Of a DNA stretch of 64,000 bases, positions 42,200-54,547 are shown one piece after another. Location: positions 299,398,001 to 299,462,000 of the forward strand of contig OZ024743.1 in NCBI GenBank assembly GCA_964016885.1, read 5' to 3'. Position 1 is the first letter of the stretch, and the number at the start of each line of letters is the position of its first letter. The translations under genes were made by a program, and so were the position numbers. The DNA comes from Eledone cirrhosa. Its lineage: Eukaryota. The notes below the pieces were generated by a model. The model worked only from the letters and a program-made list of their open reading frames with translations. It did not search any database and was not told where the DNA came from.

Positions 42200-45130
42200 C
42201 TGGGGTGGGGAGTAAAATATAGTCCATGTTTATTCATAATGTGAATGCAATAATCAATGCTTCTCTTGAAGCAATTATGGTTGAAACTCTATCATTTTAA
42301 TCACACTGTTAATAGACCTTTTCAAAAACGTTTGCTCTAATTTGTAAATTTTTCTAAGAAAAGGAAATAAATATTTCAGCTATGATTTAATGACGTTTCA
42401 TAAAGTTTAAACAGGGTTTAGATTTCCTGATTGCGAGGTCATATAACAACCTTTAATTTGATGATATACGAGAAAGTATTTGACTAATTTGAAAGAATCA
42501 GCAAGATGTTTATGAATTTAATATATTACCTCTTTGTTATGAATTGCGCGGCGTTGTATAGTTAGGAGATGCTTTTCGCAAATGCGTTTCCTTTTAATTT
42601 CATTCAGTGAAACAATGATTATGAAGAATGTGCGTTTCAACAATCTAGTTAATAGATACAGTAACTGCATCATAACAATGTGACTTAGTATTTCGTTCAC
42701 AAATGAAAGGGAAGATCGATTTGACTTGCACGTATTGATTGGTTGAAATTATTTATGAGGAATATGTCTATTAATATACCGAAGAAATGCAGGAACAGCA
42801 TATAATACAAATATTGGTTGGCAGCATAAACTTAACTCAAATGTAAACAATGTACAGACTAAATCAAGCGATAGGTATACAAATGAGGATAAATTATTTT
42901 TTCAATAAAGGAACTCAAAAGTAATATGAGCTACTGTATAGCTAAAACGGATCTACATGAATAAACTAGGGCATACCGCTATCTCCACATTGAAACATCT
43001 CGTTTTTTATCAGCTTCCGCAGTAAATCTGCTTTAATATTTATATCGCACACGAAGCTACAAAGAAAGCTGAATAATATCCTAATATATAGTAATTATCG
43101 CGATGTTGGGTGTTTAAAGGGTAACTCCTTGATTTGAAATTATGAAGCACAATATTTGTCTTACACCATAAATATTTCTACTGTGGTTAAATTTTACGTC
43201 ATTGTCATGCACATATTCTATGCCGTGCCATAGTGTGTTTTCAATTTTGTTGTGTAGAATATAATCTACAATATATTTTCTGTTATGTTATGTTTGAAAA
43301 ATGAAACAGCAAAGAAAAAAAATGATTACTTGAAATACTTCAGGTATTGAGGTAGATTCATGAACAAAACACTTAAGTGGGTGTAATTTACTGGAAGAAT
43401 AACTATTGTTATATGAGACGATGATAGATTGAAGAATATATGATGATACATTATGTTTCGGTTTTGAAATGTTTCGGTTTTCAAATCGTCCTTTATCTCA
43501 CCAACGTTACGTAATTGATATTGTCTCTTTTGGAAAATTTCATTACGTCTACATGGTAAAACATATGTATGCAGTATCAATTTTCTTTTGTAACACAACC
43601 AGAGGGCAAATCCACGCTGCAAATCCATGTTCTATTTCTCATTCATTTACATGAAATAATATTCCTCTCACAGATTGCATTGCGTGTGCTATATTATAGT
43701 TGGTTGATGGTTGTAAGATAAATACTTTTTAATGATCAATGTCTTCGAATATTTCAGAGAATTGTGCAGTAATGGAATCAACGAATTTCAGTGGTGAATG
43801 TATTATGATAATTTATTTCAACCAAACCATGTAAAGTCGTTGCCTCATGGTTCACCAAAAAGCCTCCAGTAAAACAACAAGGCTTTGAGGAGCAGCAGAA
43901 CCTCAGATAAATATCTTTGTTTTGCATAATTGAATAATTATTTCAGGAATTAATCCCTTGATCTTATTAAATGCGCTGTAACATTTAAATTAGATGATGT
44001 TCCAGAATCAATACTGAATAATGTCTCTATTTCATCAACATTTACCTATTATAATTGTGGTAGATCACCAGGCATTGTGCGTAATATATAGGTGATTCAA
44101 GTTCATTATCTAAAATTCACAGTAATGTGTTTATTCATGAAAAACTGTGGTTCAAAACTTTCTTTTAACTACACAAGCCTTATCAGCTCAATAACGAATC
44201 TTCCGCGTCGAACTGGATACCATGTTAACTATTTCCGATAGGCTGGCGATTCTCTCTAATCATATGTTATAGAAAGTACGTGAAACACAAGTAGGCCACC
44301 TCTAATAATGTGAATGTTAAAAATCAATTTACTAAATGTTAGTTTTGAAAGAAACATATGTCACTTAATATTCGATATAAACGTCTGAATTTTAGTTCCT
44401 GTGACGAGATATTGAAGAAGTGGGAAATTCGTTTGGTTAGTATTATCTATATGCCTTCTATTTAAACAATTTCTTCGGTAGCAATGCCGCAATACTACTG
44501 ACACCGAAATGCTTCGATACCGAAATAAAAAAAAACAGCAAAAAACAAACAAATATGCATATTCACTAAAAGAACCTTGTTGTTTTTTGAAAATAACCAA
44601 TATAAGAATTTACAGAGATAAATAGTGCCTGTGATTAGTAGTGGCTAAGGCAATCGCTATTGAATCTGAAATAATCTCTGGATAATATCTTGCCAACTGG
44701 TTTACATCTCCCATAGAAATGGAAAACTTCGTTTACGATAGCTTCAGTTTCTGTAAAGTCTGATCTAATTTTATTGTCTCAAACCTCAGATTTTCAGAAG
44801 TTTTGTCCTACAAATTCTACAAAGTTTTTTACTGTTAAATCACTAACTGCCTACTACCTCAATTAAAACCTATTCTCCTCTTTTTCTCTATTATAGCCTC
44901 TTAATATTTGTAGTTCACAGCGAAGGTTTTCTCAAAGTTTACTACTTAGATCTGAACTCTCTAAAAGTTAGTGTGTTCACGTTTGCCAGATTGTCATTAA
45001 TATTACATTAAACACTAGAAACAATATTGATTATAGCAGGGTGTAATTTCGTTTATCTATTGCATTTGCAAGCACTCGTACAACGATGAGTGTTCGCGCT
45101 TGGTATTCCTTTTGAACAGTTGTATTTCGA
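42200..45130 (-). pseudogene. Possible heavily decayed hAT-type transposase remnant
   Basis: Only scattered peptide echoes in the expected order on the minus strand (VRVLANA near 45070, HLYITHNA near 44085, HLIRSR near 43960). No ORF or terminal inverted repeats seen. Confidence 0.25.
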
Positions 45131-46159
45131 GTCTATTGCCGGTAAGTCAGTGGATCTGAGGTTGAAACGTGTGAGAAAAAGCTCAGAATTAGTCTAAGGA
45201 ATGAAATAAAACAGAAGAAGCTTCACCAGCGAATGTCACAAGATTGTAATATAATAAGAATGCAAGAAATGCGAGATGAGATCTTCCTACAATACTTTAC
45301 CTAATACTGACATCTAGTTCAAATGAGTAAATAAGAATTAAGTGTCTTGAGTATGAACACAAGTAAAATTCTCAGCGATGAGGTGAACACAGTATGTTTG
45401 TAACTCAATGCAGTCAGTTTATTGACATTTGTGGGCATTTAATGGTATAAAAGAGGATTTGAAAATTCAGGAAAAATAAACAGTTTTCAAGTCGAAATAT
45501 ACGGAAAACAACTTTACAATAAGGCTTCAGTTGTAAGTAGACCGTTCACATCTTCAACTTCATGCACTGTTGTGAGTGAAGGCAAGGTATGTGACGCAAA
45601 CTCGTCACAACTTTGTACATTTTTATTACATAGTTAGCCCTGATTTAACAGATCTATGTTCAAAGTTATTTAAGCAAACATATTTTTGAAAATCAATTAG
45701 AAAATTATTTAAGAGATTCTTATGTTTCTTTTGGAGGATTTGAGATACGTGCGTAATTGTCAGCGTGTGAAGACACTAAGCAAGCCTGAATAATAAGTGA
45801 GTGGGAATAAGTATCTACTATATATATAAACCACATCAGAGTGAACCGAGTAGGCAAGAGATAGCACAATAAATAACAATTAATATAAAATACATCTATT
45901 TAGTAATTGTGTATTTTGCCTGCAAGTTACTTGAAGCACGTCTAACAAGAATATGTATAGATGTATTTTAAAAGTTATTATACGAATAAGTACACCGGAT
46001 TAATTCTCTGCCGAAATATTAATTATGTGCTAGAATATTCATATATATATATATATGTGTGTGTGTGTGTATAAATGTATATGTATAAATATATACATAT
46101 ATGTTTCTGTATATATATATATGTATCTTTCTCTCTCTGTCTCTCTCTCTATCTATCTA

Positions 46160-46362
46160 GGGCGGGTAAAATTCCCGAGATCCATGGACGAGTTCTCTCC
46201 AGCGGTCTCTGTCCCTCATTATCGCTGCCATGTCCTGCGTCTCCAACAGACCAGTGTCTGTCCTTAGAGCATCAACATACGTGTCCATGTAGGGGCTCCC
46301 ACAGGAGCACTGAGTCCAATGTCAACTCTGGATGTCGGTGAGCATGTCCAGCTAATCTCAGT
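46160..46362 (-). mobile_element. 3' fragment of an RTE-like LINE
   Basis: Minus-strand translation [26 protein letters not shown], typical of RTE-group C-termini; GC-rich island between microsatellites. Confidence 0.6.
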
Positions 46363-46369
46363 CTTCTCT

Positions 46370-46489
<120 letters not shown>

Positions 46490-46500
46490 GTATACTTATA

Positions 46501-46585
<85 letters not shown>

Positions 46586-46801
46586 CTGGGATGGACACAC
46601 GCGTATAACTTGCTGAGTAAGTTCTGTTTAAATTTCTATAGAAATTCTTGTCTGATAACTTTAATTTTTGTACCATTTTGTAGAGGGACTGCCAGCTCAA
46701 ACTTTGATCTGGTCAGTCTCTCAAAATATTCTACGCCTTTAGGCGAAATAGTTAAACAAAAAAAAAAGTTTTTTCTTGTTGAAAAGTCAATATTTTTTTA
46801 A

Positions 46802-48589
46802 ATGGCCGAAGCTTCTTCACCAAAATTCGAAGGAGAAAAGGGGAAGATGAACTTACAGCTTCCCCCTGCCACTGTCACAGTAGCAGTGGTCAAGAAGAAA
46901 GGTCAGCCAGAGGAAGAATTCTCTCCACCTGTTAACCGACAACTTGACGTTGCCATGGCAACAACTCAAAGAACCAGCAGCAACAGCAACAACAACAATG
47001 CGACGGACGAAAACAACACCAATAACAATAACAATAACAACAACAAGACCAATAACGGTGACAACAACAACAATGATAACAACAACACCACCAACGACAA
47101 CAACAACACAAACAAACAAAATTTCTCCTTCGCCGAGACGACAAGGAAAACCCTCGACTATCTGCCAGTAGATATAACAAAAGCGAAGGAGCTACTGGCG
47201 GATGCGAAAAAATATATAGTGTACGGGGAAAATGGTTCATTCACAATCCATTCCCCCCCGGAACTAAAAAGCCAGAGACTCCTAAACACGGTCATGTTTA
47301 GGACAATCTCGAACAAAAGTAAAAAACCAGCTCAACCATCACAGAGCGAGATAGAGCTGGTTTTAAAAGACGTCATGAAGGACATCACCTTCATTCAGAA
47401 GGATAGACTCTACGGGAGTCTATCCATTCTCATGAAGGACAGGGACACAGCAGTGAAACTGTCCATCAAACCAATCACATCCACCGCATACACCTTCTAC
47501 CCTACGTACATGGGTAGAAGAACACAAAAAATAAAAATCCACACCATCCTGCCGATTATGGACATATGGTGGGTTTTGACAGGTTTTCTGGACCTGGAGG
47601 ATGACATGCTGGTGTCCATGGGAAAGGCATCGGGTGACGCGTTCAGTGGAACGAGCCTCGAACTTGTAGTTCAAATGAGGCCCGAAAGGATCGCCCAGAT
47701 CCCTGAACGCGTCATACTGGATGATCTAACCTTCATCAACATTACCGTTGAGGGTAGACGGCCCTCGTGTTACCTCTGCGGAACCAGAGGTCACCTGAGG
47801 GCTGTCTGTCCCCAACTTAATAAGAAAACCCCAATCCTGCCTACACCACCAACAACTGCACAACCAACACAATCACCACAACTACCACTACAAAAACAAC
47901 CACCACAGCTCAAACCAAAACAAAACAATGTCCAACCCATCCCCTCCACTCAAAAAACAAAAACAATTTCCAAAACACCCGTACCGCAAACACAACCCGA
48001 AAATATACCCCTCCCCTCCAACGCGGAAGATGACCCTAGTTCGTCGTCAGACGAGGAGGAGCACTTCCACACAATCAAAAGAAAAAAAAGAAAACACACC
48101 TCAGACACACAAATGAAAAAAACCCCTCCCCAAAACATAACACTGACACCAACACAAAAGAGCTCACAACAACAGCAAACAAAAAACACCACACAAAAAC
48201 AAAAACATGCATACACATACATAAATACATGAAACAAAAAACTGTTAAACATTGTGTACAACAACAATCTAATAAAAACACAAGGGCCTAACTTCACCCA
48301 GGCAGGGGATTTCCCCTACCTCAAAATGATTAAGGCCCCACAGGACACCTATAAAACTTTAAAAAACAATTTTAAAGAGGACGTGGGTCCCCCCTGCGTC
48401 GGGCCCATTAACCGCGTCCTCCTAAAAAACTATCCCACCCCCTCCCCAAACACCCACACAACTCCAAGCTCCCCAACCACACATCACACTGATGCCCCCA
48501 CACTTCCACAAACCACCACCCCACCCAACAACCCATCCCCCACCCTAATGGAAATTGTGCAGCCCGATACCCGGGACGCAGAGAGGTAA
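46802..48589 (+). pseudogene. LINE ORF1 (CCHC zinc knuckle), one premature stop
   Basis: CYLCGTRGHLRAVC knuckle, poly-Asn N-terminus. TGA at 48230-48232 is AGA in copy 2; the frame continues to 48589. Confidence 0.88.
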
Positions 48590-48613
48590 GTGCCTTTTCT
48601 CTTCACTACCAAC

Positions 48614-51600
48614 ATGGCTATGCTAAGAGTAGGCTGTTTAAATGCGCGTGGCCTGGGCTCAACTTGGAAGCAAGCAATGCTTCTAAATGACCTCAGGTCA
48701 CAACGTATAGATGTGATGGTTATTTGCGAGGCCGGGATCAGCAACGTGCGACAGCTGGCCCCCGCCTTTGATGACATTGAGATGCACGCATCTCTCTGTC
48801 AGCCCGGAGGCGGGGGTGGAGTTGTCGTTCTGCTGCAAAAACATCTGGGTCTCGCAACACAGATGGTACATTTGGACCCGGAGGGTCGACTAGTGGTTCT
48901 GGACCTTGGCAGTGGTAAAGGCGGAGCGTTTAGGTTGGTAGCCGCCTACAGCCCTTTCGGGTCAATGCGGCCGGACTTCTTCCATCGTCTGGAGACTTTT
49001 CTAGGGACGTCCCGCTCCTTGCTATTAGTGGGGGACTGGCATGGTATCCTAGATGCACGCTGGGACTACGTAGGGGCCTGCCCCGATAGAGAGGGGTGTA
49101 ATAGCCTCAAAGGGTTAATCGGTCGATTTGACCTGGCCGATAGATATCGACTAGATTTTCCGACTGCGCCAACCTGGACTTGGGCAAATCGTAGCGGATC
49201 ATCTAGGTCGTACCTAGATAGGTTCTTAGTTAGAATTAAGGATAAGGACTTTTTAAGTTGTCCAAAAATGCGCATGGTTGGCTATTCAGACCACAAATTA
49301 GTGACCTGCATGGTCAACCTTGACAGAACTCATAGACAGGGCCCCGGTTACTGGAAGCTCAACTTGTCCTTGCCGGCAAGTAGAGCCTACAGGAATCGGA
49401 TTAGTACGTTAGTTAAGGAACGGTTGACTGGAGCGATCGTCAACAGCAGGTGGTGGGTATCTCTAAAGAGAGAGATTAGAGTAGTCTCGATAGAATTTAG
49501 TAAGGTTCTAGCTGCGGATAGAAATAGGAAGGAAAGGGAGCTAATAGATAGAGTAGAAGAGGCAATTAGAAGCGGCGACGTGGCCAGAGTGCTAGCGTCG
49601 AGAACGGCTTTGAGCCAGTTTTTCGACGCGAAGCACGAAGGCTGCGTTGTCCGAAGTAAAATACGTGCTCTAGGGAACGAGGGGACCAAAGCTGTTAGCT
49701 GGGCCCGCGTGACAGAGGCCAACAGTGGAACTAAATCCACCATCCGGTCTTTGCGAGACCTGGATGGACGAGCGATTCTTGAGCCTAAGCAGATGTGTGA
49801 GGTCTTTCAAAGGCACTTTGCCCGACTGTTCGGGAGGGGCGGGGAGCCGGTTGGGAACGTGGACTTCGGTCCATACCTCGACGGCCTGCCGCGCCTCTCG
49901 GACAGGGAGGCGAAGTCCTGCGAGGAGCCGATTTCGGCCGCTGAGATAGAGGACGTGCTGAGCCAATGCGGCAAACGCAAATCCCCGGGTCTCGATGGTC
50001 TTCCTTACGAATTATATCTAGCTATGCCGGACTTGTTCCCCGATCTCCTCGAGGTGGTCTACTGCAACTGGCAACAGAACGGGAGAATTCCCTGTACTGT
50101 GACCAAGGGCGTAGTCACGCTAGTGAGGAAGGACGAGAAGAAGGGGGACGAAATAAGTAACTTCAGGCCCATAACACTGCTAAATACAGAGTTACAGATT
50201 TTGGTCAAGGTGCTAGCAAAGAGGTTGGCGCTTGTCGTGGGCAACCTGGTGGGAGATGCGCAGACATGCGCTATCCCGTCCAGGTCCATCCATGACAACC
50301 TCCAGCTCATGCGATACATCATAGAGATGGTTGGGAACGAACCCGGCTTTGGTGGGGCCCTGATCAACTTGGATCAATCTAAGGCATTCGATAGGGTCGA
50401 CAATGGTTACCTGGATGCGGTGCTAGCGGCGGCAGGCTTCGGACCCGTTTTCAGGGGCTGGATCACTGCTATGCACAGCAGCCGCATCTGCTCTAGGGTC
50501 AAGGTGAACGGCTACCTCTCGGAGCCGTTCAAAATCGCGCGGTCCATCCGACAAGGTTGCCCTCTCTCCTCCCTTCTGTATGTGTTGACTCTCGACCCAC
50601 TACTGCGGAAGTTGGAGTTGTTGCAGGGCATCCCTTTGGAACCGGGATTGCGGAAAGTGGTGTCGGCCTACGCCGATGACGTGACAGTAATGGTGTCGAC
50701 GGCCTCCGAAATCGAGGCGGTCGGCACCTTACTGGAGGAGTACGAAAAGTTCACAGGGGCTAAGCTGAACCGGGACAAGTCGATCGGTTTGCAACTTGGC
50801 ACGTGGAGGGGCAGACCGATGCCCTCCGATGGCGTCGTCGGACGCTGGACGGAGGGCCCGGTGAAGTTGCTCGGGGTCTGGTTCGGACCGGACCTCCAGG
50901 TGGAGAAAAACTGGTTGGAGGTTACGAACAGGGTGTTTGCACTGACCCAGAAGTGGGCCAGTTGCAAACTATCCCTGAAAGGTCGGGCGGATGTGGCGTA
51001 CACCTACATAGCGTCCGTCATCTACTACCGCCTGACCGTAGTGCCCTGCCCAAGGGAAACCCTCACCAAGATGGAGCGCGCGCTCTTCCAATTCCTTTGG
51101 AAGAGGCGGGCTCCTATGGTGAGGAGATCCATCTGCTGTCAACACCCTTCGAAAGGAGGGCTGGGGATGCCGTGGCTAATGATGCGTAAACACGCATTAA
51201 GGCTACGGCACCTCTACGTATTCCTCACCGGACAACCGGTGTGGGCCTCGTTTGTGAGACGAACCTTTCCCAGACTCGTCTCACTCACCGAGCTGCAATC
51301 CTGGGTCAAGCAAAGAGCGAGAAAACTGGGCGCCTGGCACACTGAGTGTGCCCAGGCGCTCACCGCCCTCTGGCAGGCGGATCTGGTTATCAGTGGAGAC
51401 TCCACCGCAACATTCTATAGAGGGCTGTTACGCAGCAGGTGCGACGACGCCCTCGGAGAAGCCCTAGACATGGAGGAGGACGAACTGGCCGGCCTGTTCG
51501 GTAGGACATTCAGCCCGGGACCTATGGACAACTTCCAGAAGTCCCTGGCCTGGCAGTGCTAACGAGGAGCTTTACCCGTTCGAGAAAGGCTCTACAGACA

Positions 51601-52049
51601 CGGGCGCCCGGGTAGGGACCCCGCCAAAAAGATCTGTCCCAGATGCGTGTGCGACGAGGAAACCGTTGCACACGCATTGGTACACTGCTCGGGCGTAGCC
51701 GATCTGTGGGGCTATGTCGAACAACTGCTGTCAAGGGTGGGACCGATCCGGTTGACCACCGAGTCTATTGTAATGATCAAGCCGCCTCCCCCTTCAAAGA
51801 TGAAGCAGAGGCGGTGTTTCTGTGCGTAATAGCCATGGCGAAAGAGGTTGTATGGTGGACGCGTCTGAAAGGACTGAGGTCAGGCACCTTCTCTCTGGCC
51901 AACAACTGGTCCGTTTCTTCCGATATCATTTCGGAAGAAGGATCAGGATGGAGAGAGAGGTGCTGCACCCCAGCCGTTTCTATGAAAGATGGGTGAAAGT
52001 GGCGAGAATGGCCCGTGTGAATGGGCCTTCACTCTACATCAGACTATAG
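48614..52049 (+). pseudogene. LINE ORF2: APE endonuclease, RT, C-terminal CCHC; stop at 51560 and later frameshifts
   Basis: LRVGCLNARGL, VGDW, YLDRF, SDHK, KSPGLDGLP, FRPITLLN, LDQSKAFDRV, RQGCPLS, AYADD, CPRCVCDEETVAHALVHC. Confidence 0.93.
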
Positions 52050-52740
52050 GTGAGGAAGATGAAAGACCAAGGGAGCACCCCTTCTCTGTGCTCCTGAGGA
52101 GAAGGGTTGCACACTTTTTTCGGGGGTGTGTGCGACCCCCCAAGGCGCCTCCTCTCTATTGAGGACTTTGTTATAAATTTTATTTTTTGTTATATTTTAT
52201 TTTATTTTTATATATTGTTATTGCCTCCTCCTTATTGAGGACGCCTTGTTTTGTAAACTCCCCCCATTGTACTTGTCCCACTTTTGATGCCCTGGTGGCA
52301 AATAAAAGAAACATATCTATCTATCTATCTATATATATATTTAAAAGATATGATAAACACGAAATGTGTTCTGTTGCAATATGAACACATTTCGTGTTTA
52401 TCATATATTTTAAATGTAACTGCTCGGTAGAGCCCCTTCCTGGAGCTTAATTATTGTAAACGACTGAGAGTTTATTCTCAAAATATAATATAATATCTAT
52501 CTATATATATATATATATATCTCTTTACGATGGACACATGTGCTGAGCTCGTCGGTAAGTTTTGTTTAAATTCATCCGGAAATTGTAAACTGTGAACTTT
52601 CATTTTTGTACCATTTTGTAGAGGGACTGCCAGCTCAAACTTTGATCTGGTCAGTCTCTCAAAATATTCTACGCCTTTAGGCGAAATAGTTAAACAAAAA
52701 AAAAAGTTTTTTGCTTGTTGAAAAGTCAATATTTTTTAAA

Positions 52741-54523
52741 ATGGCCAAAGCCTCTTCACCAAAATTCGAAGGAGGAAAGGGGAAGATAAACTTACAGCTT
52801 CCCCCTGCCACTGTCACAGTAGCAGAGGTCAAGAAGAAAGGTCAGCCAGAGGAAGAATTCTCTCCACCTGTTAATCGACAACTTGACGTTGCCATGGCAA
52901 CAACCAGCGGCACCAACAACAACAATGCGACGGACGAAAACAACACCAATAACAATAACAACAACAACAAGACCAATAACTGTGACAACAACAACAATGA
53001 TAACAACAACACCACCAACGACAACAACGACACAAACAAACAAAATTTCTCCTTCGCCGAGACGACAAGGAAAACCCTCGACTATCTGCCAGTAGATATA
53101 ACCAAAGCGAAGGAGCTACTGCCGGATGCGAAAACATATATAGTGTACGGGGAAAATGGTTCATTCACAATCCATCCCCCCCACCCCCCACACGGAACTA
53201 AAAAGCCAGAGACTCCTAAACACGGTCATGTTTAGGACAATCTCAAATAAAAGTAAAAAACCAGCTCAACCATCACAGAGTGAGATAGAGCTGGTTTTAA
53301 AAGACGTCATGAAGGACATCACCTTCATTCAGAAGGATAGACTCTACGGGAGTCTATCCATTCTCATGAAGGACAGGGACACAGCAGTGAAACTGTCCAT
53401 CAAACCAATCACATCCACCACATACACCTTCTACCCTACGTACATGGGTAGAAGAACACAAAAAATAAAAATCCACACCATCCTGCCGATTATGGACATA
53501 TGGTGGGTTTTGACAGGTTTCCTGGACCTGGAGGATGACATGCTGGTGTCCATGGGAAAGGCATCGGGTGACGCGTTCAGTGGAACGAGCCTCGAACTTG
53601 TAGTTCAAATGAGGCCCGAAAGGATCGCCCAGATCCCTGAACGCGTCATACTGGATGATCTAACCTTCATCAACATTACCGTTGAGGGTAGACGGCCCTC
53701 GTGTTACCTCTGCGGAACCAGAGGTCACCTAAGGGCTGTCTGTCCCCAACTTAATAAGAAAACCCCAATCCTGCCTACACCACCAACAACTGCACAACCA
53801 ACACAATCACCACAACTACCACCACAAAAACAACCACCACAGCTCAAACCAAAATAAAACAATGTCCAACCCATCCCCTCCACTCAAAAAACAAAAACAA
53901 TTTCCAAAACACCCGTACCGCAAACACAACCCGAAAATATACCCCTCCCCTCCAACGCGGAAGATGACCCTAGTTCGTCGTCAGACGAGGAGGAGCACTT
54001 CCACACAATCAAAAGAAAAAAAAGAAAACACACCTCAGACACACAAATGAAAACAACCCCTCCCCAAAACATAACACTGACACCAACACAAAAGAGCTCA
54101 CAACAACAGCAAACAAAAAACACCACACAAAAACAAAAACATGCATACACATACATAAACACAAGAAACAAAAAACTGTTAAACATTGTGTACAACAACA
54201 ATCTAATAAAAACACAAGGGCCTAACTTCACCCAGGCAGGGGATTTCCCCCACCTCAAAATGATTAAGGCCCCACAGGACACCTATAAAACTTTAAAAAA
54301 CAATTTTAAAGAGGACGTGGGTCCCCCCTGCTTCGGGCCCATTAACCGCGTCCTCCTAAAAAATTATCCCACCCCCTCCCCAAACACCCACACAACTCCA
54401 AGCTCCCCAACCACACAACACACTGATGCCCCAACACTTCCACAAACCACCACCCCACCCAACAACCCATCCCCCACCCTAATGGAAATTGTGCAGCCCG
54501 ATACCCGGGACGCAGAGAGGTAG
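52741..54523 (+). pseudogene. LINE ORF1, copy 2 (frameshift near 53180, stop at 53855)
   Basis: Three ORF-track fragments match copy 1 ORF1. Confidence 0.88.
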
Positions 54524-54547
54524 GTGCCTTTTCTCTTCACCACCAAC

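Larger units (their letters stand above)
46591..52311 (+). mobile_element. Near full-length L1/Tx1-type non-LTR retrotransposon, copy 1
   Basis: 5' UTR, ORF1, ORF2, 3' UTR with AATAAA at 52301; preceded by (TCTA)n and followed by CATATCTATCTATC. Confidence 0.93.
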
